Assembly: GCA_963740355.1 (NCBI GenBank)
Contig: CAVUDW010000003.1
Coordinates: 1,024,001-1,088,000 of the forward strand
Reading direction: 5' to 3'
DNA from: an uncultured Gemmatimonadaceae bacterium
GTDB lineage: Bacteria; Gemmatimonadota; Gemmatimonadetes; Gemmatimonadales; Gemmatimonadaceae
Length of the DNA: 64,000 nt
The stretch's first letter is position 1, and every line of letters begins with the position of its first letter. Under the pieces are notes generated by a model. The model worked only from the letters and a program-made list of their open reading frames with translations. It was not told where the DNA came from and did not search any database. Of this stretch, positions 38,672 through 47,481 are shown in pieces. The translations under genes were made by a program, and so were the position numbers.

Positions 38672-40885
38672 TCACCGTCCCGCCGTGTGACGAACTCCCA
38701 GCAACAGTCGCCGCCCCTGCAACGGCCCGTACACCCGCTCGGTGGCGAATGAATCACCGAACGGGTTCCCCGGATCGATGATCGGATCTCGCTGCACATA
38801 GTTGAAGAGATTCTTCACCGCCACGTAAAGGTCCGGCCCGCGACCAAGGCGCTTCGACACCTGCACATGCTGCTCGGTGAACCAGCCTGATTGCGATGGA
38901 AGCCCGTCGAACTTCGGCAGTGGCGTTGGTCCCTGCACGCGTCCTGTCCAGTCGATCGTCAGCGCCAACGCATCAACACGGTAGCCAAGCGTGAACACAC
39001 CCTGCACATTCGGCGCGAAAGGCAGGTCACGCCGCACCCCCCGCTCGCGAATGAACACATCCTGCACTGTCATGCCGACGTTGGCGAACAGTGGCTTGCG
39101 CAGCGTGGCATAGCCGGCCGCCACCGAAGCCCCACGCGTCACGGCAAATCCGTCCAGGTTCGCGTAGATGATCAGCGCTGGATCGGTGTCGTAGTCGCCA
39201 ACGATCCGATTCGTGAACCGCGTGAAGAATGCGTCGATGTCGAGTGTCAGCGCGTCCTCGATGCCCTGCACGTCAAAGACGCGATTGGCGCCGACCGTGA
39301 ATGAGGTCGAGCGCTCGGGCTCGAGCCGCTCCGCGATTCGCACCGCGCGCGAACCAGTCAGTGCCGCATGATCTTCGGTGAAGAGGCTCACCACGCGGAA
39401 CCCGGTCGCAGCATTCACACGGACCGTCGTGTGCGGATCGGGTGACCACTTCACCGCCACGCGCGGCGACGGGATGACTCCGTGCAGCGCATGATGGTCG
39501 AGCCGCAACCCGGCCAGCAACGTGGTGCGTGTGCCAAGTGGCAACTCGTCCTGCACGAACAGACCGGGGATGAAGCGAGACTCGCGTGTCTGTTGTGCGG
39601 CGGTGCTATCGCGATAGCGCTGATGACGCACGGTCGCACCCAGTTGCAGCGAGTGTGCACCAGCGGTCGGTGACCAGATGCCCTGCGCAAACGCGACCGT
39701 CTGCGTCGCCATGTACGGCTGCCGGCCGTAGTAGCTGTCCTGGTCGTGCCAATTCGCCGACAGGTCAAACCGCAGCGGTGCCACCCCGGGATCCACACGA
39801 TACGTCCCCAGCAACTCGGCCCGATTGGTCCGGATCGACTCGCCGTACACGCGCGATGAGCCGCGGTCCGCGCGCGTCCAGTCACGCACGCCGCCGAAGC
39901 GGTCCTCGACATAGTATCGCGCCGCGATCGTCAGCGGCTGCTGGGCGGCGGTGCCGATCGACCACTTGTTGAACACCGACAGCCGCTTCACCAGCGGCAG
40001 ATCGGAGAACCCGTCGCCGTTCTGGTCCACGAATCGCGAGTTCCAGGCGCCGTTCACGCTCAGGAGCGATCGCGCTACACCGAGCTTCGATGCGGCTCCG
40101 ATCGCGAGGCTGCTTTCGCCATTGCTGGTGCCGAACGCGTTCACGCTCAGGCGCGGCGCCAAGCGCGGATCCTTCGTCACGATGTTGATCACGCCACCCA
40201 TCGCCTCCGAACCGTACAGCGTCGAGCCGGGGCCCTTGATGATCTCGATCTGCTCGATCAGGCTGGGATCGATGCTGTTGAGGCCATACACGGTGGCCAG
40301 CGCGCTCACGAGCGGCGTGCCGTCGATCAGCACGGCGGTGTATGGGCCTTCCATGCCGTTGATGCGGATGTTGTTGGTGAAACACACCCCGCAATCGACC
40401 TGCTGATTCAATCCCGGCAGGAACGACACGTTGTCCATCAGGTTGTTGCCAGCATTGCGCTGCAGAAAGGCCGGCGTCACCACATCCACCTTCACGGGGG
40501 AGTCGGAGACGTAGCGTTCCTGCGTGGTGGCGGTGGTGACGACCGTATTGAGCATCGAGGCGCTCGCCACGAGCGTCACGCTGAGCGAGTCGAGGCGGCC
40601 TGACGCCAGCAGCACGCGGTGCGTGACGGCAGTGTGGCCGATGGCCCGGATGCGGACCTGATGTGGCCCGGCTGGGATCATCAGCCGGAAGCGTCCAGCC
40701 GAGTCGGTGCGGGCGCCGCGGCGTCCAGCGCCCTCGACGTCGACCGAGGCGTCGGCCACTGGCCGTCCTCCGCTCTGCACGCGCCCGGTCAGCGTGGCCA
40801 ACGCCCCGCCGGCCTGAGCACCGACGCGGTGCACAGAGACTGCCAGCAGGCAGAGCAGCAGAATGCAGGCGCGGCCAACAAACAT
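38672..40885 (-). CDS. TonB-dependent receptor with CxxC-containing plug
   Basis: Carboxypeptidase-regulatory-like N-terminus; DSPVKVDVV, DCGVCFTNNIRINGMEGPYT, IEIIKGPGSTLYGSEAMGGVINI; barrel motifs PERS and NLFN. Confidence 0.93.
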   Translation of the reverse strand: MFVGRACILLLCLLAVSVHRVGAQAGGALATLTGRVQSGGRPVADASVDVEGAGRRGARTDSAGRFRLMIPAGPHQVRIRAIGHTAVTHRVLLASGRLDSLSVTLVASASMLNTVVTTATTQERYVSDSPVKVDVVTPAFLQRNAGNNLMDNVSFLPGLNQQVDCGVCFTNNIRINGMEGPYTAVLIDGTPLVSALATVYGLNSIDPSLIEQIEIIKGPGSTLYGSEAMGGVINIVTKDPRLAPRLSVNAFGTSNGESSLAIGAASKLGVARSLLSVNGAWNSRFVDQNGDGFSDLPLVKRLSVFNKWSIGTAAQQPLTIAARYYVEDRFGGVRDWTRADRGSSRVYGESIRTNRAELLGTYRVDPGVAPLRFDLSANWHDQDSYYGRQPYMATQTVAFAQGIWSPTAGAHSLQLGATVRHQRYRDSTAAQQTRESRFIPGLFVQDELPLGTRTTLLAGLRLDHHALHGVIPSPRVAVKWSPDPHTTVRVNAATGFRVVSLFTEDHAALTGSRAVRIAERLEPERSTSFTVGANRVFDVQGIEDALTLDIDAFFTRFTNRIVGDYDTDPALIIYANLDGFAVTRGASVAAGYATLRKPLFANVGMTVQDVFIRERGVRRDLPFAPNVQGVFTLGYRVDALALTIDWTGRVQGPTPLPKFDGLPSQSGWFTEQHVQVSKRLGRGPDLYVAVKNLFNYVQRDPIIDPGNPFGDSFATERVYGPLQGRRLLLGVRHTAGR

Positions 40886-40893
40886 GATCGTCC

Positions 40894-40937
40894 CTCAGAA
40901 TCCTGAATTTCGGTTCTACGAAATTGAGGATACTGAG
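40894..40937. promoter_or_regulatory. Imperfect palindrome upstream of the TonB receptor (candidate metalloregulator operator)
   Basis: CTCAGAATCCTGAATTTCG-gttcta-CGAAATTGAGGATACTGAG; 19-bp arms with 2 mismatches; AT-rich core. Confidence 0.55.
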
Positions 40938-40960
40938 AGGCTGGATCCACGTCAACGTGC

Positions 40961-41866
40961 CTACATCTCGTTCGCCAGCACCTCTGCCACGACCTTTCGG
41001 ATCACGACACGTGCCTCGTCACTGACGGGCAGCAGCGGCGACCGCGGCGCCCCCCCAACCATTCCAGCCGCGTCCACGGCGGCCTTCAGCCCCGGCACAC
41101 TGTACACGCCGGCCACTTCCGTCGCGATGCGCGTCAGGCCCTGTTGTGCGTCCGCGGCGTCTTCCGGATGCCCGACACCAACGCCACGCGCCACGGCGAG
41201 GGCCAGCTTCGGCGCAATGCAGGCGGCCGACAGCACGGCGCCGGCGCATCCCTCGCTCAACGCCTGCGACAGCGACGGGGCATGGCCCGTCAGGACCGAG
41301 AACGTCGCACTGTTGGCCCGTAGATAGCCAGTGCGCCATTCGGCGTTCCCACTCGAATCCTTGATGCCGATGATGTTGTCGTGCTGCGACAGCTCGCAGA
41401 CCACATCGGGATCGAGGTGGTAGTGCATGAAGGCAGGCACGGAATACAGCACCACCGGGGCCGGCGATGCATCGGCAACGGCCAGGTAGTGCGCGCGCTG
41501 TGCGGCGGGCGTCATCAGCGCCGTGAAGTAGTGCGGCGCCACGACCAGCACGGCGTCGGCGCCGAGTGTCGCGGCATGTTTGGCGCGCGCGATCGTGTGG
41601 CGCGTGCTTTCCGTGCCCACACCCATCAGCAGGAATCGGGAGGACGGTACTTCGTCACGCACGGCCTGCAGCAGGCCATCTCGCTCGGTCTGGTCCAGCA
41701 GCGCAGCTTCGCCAGTCGAGCCGGCGAGGAGCACACCGTGCAGCCCCGCGTCGAGCAGCGCACGCACATTGCGGCGCGCGGCGTCGCGATCGAGCGTGCC
41801 ATTGAGGTCGAAGGGCGTGACGGCGGCGGCGAGCATGCCGCCAAGCACAGGACGTGGTAGTGGCAT
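40961..41866 (-). CDS. Dihydrodipicolinate synthase family aldolase (DapA/HOGA-like)
   Basis: VTPF, GSTGE, APHYF, LYSVP, GIKDS (Schiff-base Lys). Confidence 0.88.
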   Translation of the reverse strand: MPLPRPVLGGMLAAAVTPFDLNGTLDRDAARRNVRALLDAGLHGVLLAGSTGEAALLDQTERDGLLQAVRDEVPSSRFLLMGVGTESTRHTIARAKHAATLGADAVLVVAPHYFTALMTPAAQRAHYLAVADASPAPVVLYSVPAFMHYHLDPDVVCELSQHDNIIGIKDSSGNAEWRTGYLRANSATFSVLTGHAPSLSQALSEGCAGAVLSAACIAPKLALAVARGVGVGHPEDAADAQQGLTRIATEVAGVYSVPGLKAAVDAAGMVGGAPRSPLLPVSDEARVVIRKVVAEVLANEM

Positions 41867-42852
41867 CAGTCAGTCAGCCCCATGCGCTCGTACACCTGAC
41901 GCATCGTTTCCTGTGCCGTCGTCCGGGCGCGCGTTGCGCCATCCTCGAGCACTTCTGTCACATACGACGGCTGAGCACCGATTTCCGCTGCACGCCGACG
42001 AATTGGCACCAGCACGTGCTCCATGCTTTCCGCCAGCACCTTCTTGCACTCGATGCAGCCCCACGACGCGGCACGGCAGTTCGCCGCGACGGTGGCCTGC
42101 GTGGCGTCGTCGCTGAACGCCTTGTGCAACGAGTAGATGTTGCAGACGTCTGGATTGCCTGGGTCGGTCTTCCGCACGCGTGCCGGATCGGTCATCGCCG
42201 GCCGGAGCTTCTCCCAGATCTGCTCGCGCGTCTCGAGCAGCCCGATGGTGTTGCCGATCGACTTCGACATCTTGGCCTGCCCGTCCAGTCCCATCAGGCG
42301 GCGCACCGGCGTGAGGAGCGGCTGCGGCTCGGGGAAGTACGGCGCATCGGCCGCGAAGCGCCCGTTCCAGCGCCGCGCGATCTCGCGGCTGAGCTCCAGG
42401 TGCTGTACCTGGTCTTCGCCGACGGGCACCCGGGTGGCGTGGTACAACAGGATGTCGGCGGCCTGCAACACGGGATACGTGAGCACACCGGTGATCACGC
42501 TCTCCTGTCGGCTGCTCTTGTCCTTGTACTGCGTCTGCCGCTCCAGCTCACCCAGCGGCGTCACGGTGTTGAAGATCCACGCCAGCTCGGCATGCTGTGG
42601 CACCGCGCTCTGGAAGAAAAGCGTGCACCGCTCCGGATCGAGCCCGGCGGCCAGCAAGGAGACCGCCATTTCGTGGCGACGTCGCCGAAGATCGGCAGGC
42701 TCGTAGTTTCCTGTCAGTGCGTGAAGGTCCACGACGCAGTAGAAGGTTGCGTCGCGGCCTTCCTGCAGCCGGACCCAGTTCTGCACGGCCCCGAGGTAGT
42801 TGCCGATGTGCAGCTCGCCCGAAGGCTGGATTCCGCTGAAGATTCGAGACAT
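41866..42852 (-). CDS. trpS: Tryptophan--tRNA ligase
   Basis: SGIQPSGELHIGNYLGA, VDLHALT, YPVLQAADIL, VPVGEDQ, KMSKS. Confidence 0.97.
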   Translation of the reverse strand: MSRIFSGIQPSGELHIGNYLGAVQNWVRLQEGRDATFYCVVDLHALTGNYEPADLRRRRHEMAVSLLAAGLDPERCTLFFQSAVPQHAELAWIFNTVTPLGELERQTQYKDKSSRQESVITGVLTYPVLQAADILLYHATRVPVGEDQVQHLELSREIARRWNGRFAADAPYFPEPQPLLTPVRRLMGLDGQAKMSKSIGNTIGLLETREQIWEKLRPAMTDPARVRKTDPGNPDVCNIYSLHKAFSDDATQATVAANCRAASWGCIECKKVLAESMEHVLVPIRRRAAEIGAQPSYVTEVLEDGATRARTTAQETMRQVYERMGLTD

Positions 42853-42864
42853 TCCGCCAAGCTA

Positions 42865-43692
42865 ATGACAGACCGCCCTGAGCAGCGACACACCGCCCCG
42901 CAGCCCACCGCCGCCGACCGCGAAATCCTCCGCGAGATCGAGAGAGTCGCACAGGCCGCTGCCTCCTTCATCCGCAGTCAGGACGAAGGCCGCGACGCCC
43001 TGAGCTGGGATATCAAGGGCGAAAGTGACTTCGTCAGCGCGGTGGATCGCGGCACGGAGGAGCTGATCCGGGCCGCGCTTGCACCACCAGGCCGCGACGT
43101 GACCTTCATCGGCGAAGAAAGCGCGCCCGGGACGCTGGTCGCCGCCGGCCTCACCTTCATCGTGGACCCGCTCGACGGCACCACCAACTATCTGCACGGT
43201 TTCCCGGCCTACGCGGTCTCGATCGGCGCATTGATCGACGGAGAGCTGGTGGCGGCCTGCGTCGTGGATGTGCCGCGCAACGAGTGCTACACCGCGGTGC
43301 GCAACGGCGGCGCATTCCGCGATGGGCACCCGATCCGGGTCAGCGGCATCACCGATCCAGCGCTGTCGTTGATTGCGACCGGCGTGCCATTCCGCAAACC
43401 CGAGCAGATCGCACGCTACCTCTATCAATTGCCACGCGTGCTGGCCGAGACGAGCGGGATACGCCGCGCCGGCGCGGCGGCGATCGACCTGGCGCACGTA
43501 GCCTGCGGTCGCGTGGATGGGTTCTGGGAGCTTCGCCTCGCACCGTGGGACGTGGCGGCTGGCATCCTACTGGTGCGCGAAGCCGGCGGGATGGTCACCG
43601 ACTTCGATGGCACGCCGTCGGTGCCCGCGTTTTCAGGCTACGTCGCCGGCAACCCGGCCATGCACACGTGGCTTCTGTCGACCCTGGCCTGA
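42865..43692 (+). CDS. suhB: Inositol monophosphatase family protein (SuhB-like)
   Basis: DFVSAVD, GEE, VDPLDGTTNY, RRAGAAAIDL, WDVAAG; start uncertain. Confidence 0.85.
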   Translation: MTDRPEQRHTAPQPTAADREILREIERVAQAAASFIRSQDEGRDALSWDIKGESDFVSAVDRGTEELIRAALAPPGRDVTFIGEESAPGTLVAAGLTFIVDPLDGTTNYLHGFPAYAVSIGALIDGELVAACVVDVPRNECYTAVRNGGAFRDGHPIRVSGITDPALSLIATGVPFRKPEQIARYLYQLPRVLAETSGIRRAGAAAIDLAHVACGRVDGFWELRLAPWDVAAGILLVREAGGMVTDFDGTPSVPAFSGYVAGNPAMHTWLLSTLA

Positions 43693-43702
43693 GGCGCACA
43701 CG

Positions 43703-45208
43703 ATGGCACTGATCGAGTGTGTTCCGAACTTCAGCGAGGGACGTGATCCCGCGGTGATCGATGCGATCGCAGCGGCAATCACGGCAGCGCGCGGGCGAGT
43801 GCTGGATCGCTCCCTCGATGCGTGGCACAACCGTGCCGTGATCACCTTCGTCGCCGAGCCACATGACATCGTCGCGGCGGCGTTCGCCGCCATTCGGACG
43901 GCGCGCGACCGCATCGACTTGTCGCAGCACAGCGGTGTGCACCCGCGGATCGGCGCAGCCGACGTGGTGCCGTTCGTGCCGCTCGACGGTACGACGATGG
44001 ACGACTGCATCCGCGCGGCCCGTGAACTGGCGGACCGCGTGGGCGCCGAGCTGCAGATTCCCGTCTACCTCTACGATCAGGCCGCGCAGCGCCCGCAGTA
44101 TCGCAACCTGGCCGACGTGCGGCACGGCGGCACCACTGCCTTGGAACAGACAATCGGGTCCACACGTCCTCCGGACGCAGGCCCGGCACACCTGCACCCA
44201 ACCGCCGGCGCCGTCGCCATTGGCGCCCGCCACTTCCTTGGTGCGTTCAACGTCTTCGTTGGCCATGCGGCGCACCTGTCACAGGCGAAAGCGATCGCGG
44301 CGGAGCTGCGCGCCGCAAATGGCGGCCTGCCGGGACTGAAGGCGCTCGGCCTCGTCGTCGATGGACAGGCGCAAGTCTCGATGAACGTCACCGATCTCGA
44401 TGCTGTCGCGCTGCACGAGGCGTTCGATGCCGTCGCGGCAGCGGCGGCGACACGCGGCATCGAGGTCACGCACAGCGAGATCATCGGGCTGGTACCCCAA
44501 CACACCATCGAGCAGGCATTCGCCAGCCGCATCATGCTTCGCGATGCGCGCGACTCCGTCTCGCTCGAATACCGCATCGCCGAAACGCGTCCGGCCGATG
44601 ATCTCTCGCACACCGCGCAGGCCATCGCGGCGCTCGACCTTCCCGAAGCCAGCGGCACCGCGTCGGCACTGGCGGCCATCCTCGCGTCCGCCACGGTGCG
44701 GCTGGCGGCTGGCGTGCATGTTGCGCGCAGCAAGAGCCCGTCTGTCGAGTCGATGCAGCGCGTGGTCGCGACAGCCAGCATGCTCGAGCGCCATCTGCAC
44801 ACCGCTGCCCGTGATGACGCGGCCGCGTGGCAACAGGTGATTGCGGCGCGTCGTACGCTCGCGCGCACCAGCGGTGGCATGCCCGACGGATTCCGCGCGG
44901 TTGATGCCGCGCTGATGGGTGCCAGCGAAGTACCGTTGCGAATCGCCCGCCTCGCCGCCGACGTGCTCGCATTGGCGGTCGAGGCGGCGCAGGCTGGAGA
45001 CAACGTGACGGCCCCCGACGCCTGGGCCGGCGCCACCATCGCCCACGCCGCCATCACCGCCGCACTCGGCCTCCTGCGCGGCAACCTCGCGATGCTTGCG
45101 GATCAGACGCTGTCACACGCCGCACACAACGAAGCCAAGTCGCTCACGCACCGCGCCGAGGGCTTGCTCGCTCAAGCGCGCACCGCGGTGAAACACGTCG
45201 CGGGATAG
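43703..45208 (+). CDS. ftcd: Glutamate formiminotransferase with C-terminal cyclodeaminase-like domain
   Basis: IECVPNFSEGRD, HNRAVIT, HPRIGAADVVPFVP, QVSMN, SEIIGL; helical C-terminus with EVPL. Confidence 0.88.
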   Translation: MALIECVPNFSEGRDPAVIDAIAAAITAARGRVLDRSLDAWHNRAVITFVAEPHDIVAAAFAAIRTARDRIDLSQHSGVHPRIGAADVVPFVPLDGTTMDDCIRAARELADRVGAELQIPVYLYDQAAQRPQYRNLADVRHGGTTALEQTIGSTRPPDAGPAHLHPTAGAVAIGARHFLGAFNVFVGHAAHLSQAKAIAAELRAANGGLPGLKALGLVVDGQAQVSMNVTDLDAVALHEAFDAVAAAAATRGIEVTHSEIIGLVPQHTIEQAFASRIMLRDARDSVSLEYRIAETRPADDLSHTAQAIAALDLPEASGTASALAAILASATVRLAAGVHVARSKSPSVESMQRVVATASMLERHLHTAARDDAAAWQQVIAARRTLARTSGGMPDGFRAVDAALMGASEVPLRIARLAADVLALAVEAAQAGDNVTAPDAWAGATIAHAAITAALGLLRGNLAMLADQTLSHAAHNEAKSLTHRAEGLLAQARTAVKHVAG

Positions 45209-45253
45209 TAAAAAAGGAAACAAATGCGGGCGAAGCACGATCGATTGCACATG

Positions 45254-45379
45254 GAGCACTCCGTGAGCTCCGTGGCCTCCCCCCCAATGCAGTTTGCGAT
45301 CTTTCGCGAAGCACCTTTCTGCCCAGCGCGAGCGAAGAAACAGCAATGAGGGGGAGGCCACGGAGCTCACGGAGTGCTC
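45254..45379. repeat. Perfect 30-bp inverted repeat pair (REP/MITE-like) between convergent genes
   Basis: GAGCACTCCGTGAGCTCCGTGGCCTCCCCC at 45254-45283 and its exact reverse complement at 45350-45379. Confidence 0.92.
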
Positions 45380-45449
45380 GAGTAGCCGGCGTCCGCTTTC
45401 CGCGAACGTCGTCGAGTCTTGTGGGAATGGCCTCTGGCTTCGGTTCGGC

Positions 45450-45989
45450 TCAGCGCTTGGACGCGGTCTGCTCGGGGAAACGGACGCCCTCGATCACGCC
45501 ACGGATCTGCTTCAAGTGCTCCGGGAAGCGCGTCTGCAGCTGCATGTACAGATGCTGCCCCTCGAAGGTCGGTGACCAGCTCACATCCACGCGATAGCGG
45601 CGGATGCCATCGACCAGCATCGTGGTGCTGATCGTGATGGTGGTGTCGCCGCGCGAGATCTCGCACTGCGATGAGTTGAGCGGCAGCACGGGCTTGAAGA
45701 CGAACGCCCCGCCCTTCCAGACATTCAGTTCGGCGCCGGTGCGACGGAGGTCGAAGTCGAGATCGTTCAGCGAGTTGAACTGCGGGATCCACTTCTCGGG
45801 CACCGGGAATTCCGCAGGGCCGAACGGTGTCATGCGCACCGGCACGTCGAAGGTCGCGTTGCTCGGATCACAGGGGATGTCGATGTCACGCGCACCAACG
45901 CCGACGATAGCAGGCGGGATGTTCGGTCGAGCACAGGCCGCAGCTACCAGGGCCACCACTGCCAGCGACATCGAAAGATTCCGTGTCAT
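45450..45989 (-). CDS. Hypothetical lipoprotein (paralog 1)
   Basis: GGAGG RBS; lipobox VAAAC; strong similarity to the upstream ORF. Confidence 0.78.
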   Translation of the reverse strand: MTRNLSMSLAVVALVAAACARPNIPPAIVGVGARDIDIPCDPSNATFDVPVRMTPFGPAEFPVPEKWIPQFNSLNDLDFDLRRTGAELNVWKGGAFVFKPVLPLNSSQCEISRGDTTITISTTMLVDGIRRYRVDVSWSPTFEGQHLYMQLQTRFPEHLKQIRGVIEGVRFPEQTASKR

Positions 45990-46061
45990 CGCGCCTCCGA
46001 GAATTCCCGCGTTATGTGATCCTGCATGCCCGCCCGTCCCCACCCATCCAGACTGCCACGC

Positions 46062-46583
46062 CTACTTCTTTGCGCTCAGTGAATCCACCGAGAACCGCAC
46101 TCCCTCGATGATGCCGCGCATCTGCTTCAGGTGCTCCACATAGCGCGTTTGCAGCTGCATGTAGAAGAATTGCCCCTGGATGAGCGGCGCCCACGACACG
46201 TCGACGCGATACGAAAAGCCGTTCAGGCGCTCAGCCTGAATGCTGATCGTGGTGTCGCCACGTGTGATGCGGCAGCGGATCGCGTTCTGCGGCGCCGTGC
46301 TGGGGAACACGAAGCGAGCGCCGCGCCAGACATTCAGGTCGGCGTCGATACGCTTCAGCTCGAGGTCCTGCGGCGTGGTGTAGTTCGTCGACCAGCCGCG
46401 GAGCACCGGTACGGTGGCGGGGCCGAGTGTGAAGGTCTCCGTGGCACCGTTGAGCGTGCCGTTGCGCGGATCGCAAACTTCATCGAGCGGTGTGCCAAAC
46501 GGCGCAGGCGCGAACTGGCGAAGGCAACCGCTCAGGCCGGCAACCGTCAGTGCGATGAGTATGGCTGGCTGAATTCGCGGCAT
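46062..46583 (-). CDS. Hypothetical lipoprotein (paralog 2)
   Basis: AGGAGG RBS; lipobox LSGC; shares CDP, LNVW, RGDTTI, YRVDVSW, YMQLQTR, EHLKQ.RG.IEGVRF. Confidence 0.8.
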   Translation of the reverse strand: MPRIQPAILIALTVAGLSGCLRQFAPAPFGTPLDEVCDPRNGTLNGATETFTLGPATVPVLRGWSTNYTTPQDLELKRIDADLNVWRGARFVFPSTAPQNAIRCRITRGDTTISIQAERLNGFSYRVDVSWAPLIQGQFFYMQLQTRYVEHLKQMRGIIEGVRFSVDSLSAKK

Positions 46584-46639
46584 GCTGATCCTCCTGCACG
46601 CAGTCTGTCGGCGGGGCCCCGGATTGTCGAGTACCCCGC

Positions 46640-46711
46640 CCAGCGAAATGGGTGCACTGTCACCGGATTACCAGCGAAATGAGTGCACTGTCACCGGAAT
46701 TGTCACCGGAA
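46640..46711. repeat. Tandem 31-bp repeat x2 plus partial copy (REP-like)
   Basis: CCAGCGAAATG(G/A)GTGCACTGTCACCGGA.. at 46640 and 46671, then an extra TGTCACCGGAA. Confidence 0.88.
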
Positions 46712-46722
46712 CGCGGGCGGCC

Positions 46723-47481
46723 CTACGAATCGATGTTCGTGAGGATGCGGGGGCCGTTGGCGGTGATGGCGACGGTGTGCTCGAAGTGGGCTGACCACTT
46801 GGCGTCGGCGGTCACCATCGTCCACTTGTCGCTCAGGGTGCGGATCGCTGCCGTGCCAATGTTCACCATCGGTTCGATGGCCAGCGTCATGCCCGCCATG
46901 AGCTTTGTCCCGCGCTTGGGCTTGCCGTAGTTCGGGACCTGCAACTCCTCGTGCGGCACGAAGCCGACGCCGTGGCCGACCAGCTCACGGACGACCGAGA
47001 ATCCAGCCGCCTCGACGACGGTCTGCACCGCGTGCCCGATGTCGCCGATGTGATTGCCGAGCACCGAGACGTCGATCGCAGCCTGCAGCGACACCTTGGT
47101 GACGTCCAGCAAACGCTGATGGAGTTCGCTGATCTGTCCCACGGGATGCGTCTGCGCCGCATCGGTGAACATCCCTTCGAATTTCACGCCGATGTCGACG
47201 GAAAGGATGTCACCTTCCTTCAGGATGCGCTTCGGCGACGGAATTCCATGCACGATCTCCTCGTTGATGCTGAGGCAGACCGATCCAGGAAACCCGTACA
47301 AGCCCTTGAACGCTGGCGTCGCGCCGGCGTGGCTGCGGATGAACTCCTCCGCCAGCGCGTCCAGCTGCTGCGTACTGACGCCGGGACGAATTGCGGCACG
47401 CACATGATCATGGGTCGCGGCGAGAATTCTCCCACCGCGCGCCATCGTGTCGATCTCACGTGCCGACTTGAGCTGGATCAC
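46723..47481 (-). CDS. map: Methionine aminopeptidase type I
   Basis: SINEEIVHGIP, GHGVG, HEE, AIEPM, SAHFEHT. Confidence 0.96.
   Translation of the reverse strand: MIQLKSAREIDTMARGGRILAATHDHVRAAIRPGVSTQQLDALAEEFIRSHAGATPAFKGLYGFPGSVCLSINEEIVHGIPSPKRILKEGDILSVDIGVKFEGMFTDAAQTHPVGQISELHQRLLDVTKVSLQAAIDVSVLGNHIGDIGHAVQTVVEAAGFSVVRELVGHGVGFVPHEELQVPNYGKPKRGTKLMAGMTLAIEPMVNIGTAAIRTLSDKWTMVTADAKWSAHFEHTVAITANGPRILTNIDS

Noticed and set aside
41854..42864. Apparent 612-aa SuhB fusion
   Set aside because: The extension is antisense to trpS; only 42865-43692 has IMPase motifs
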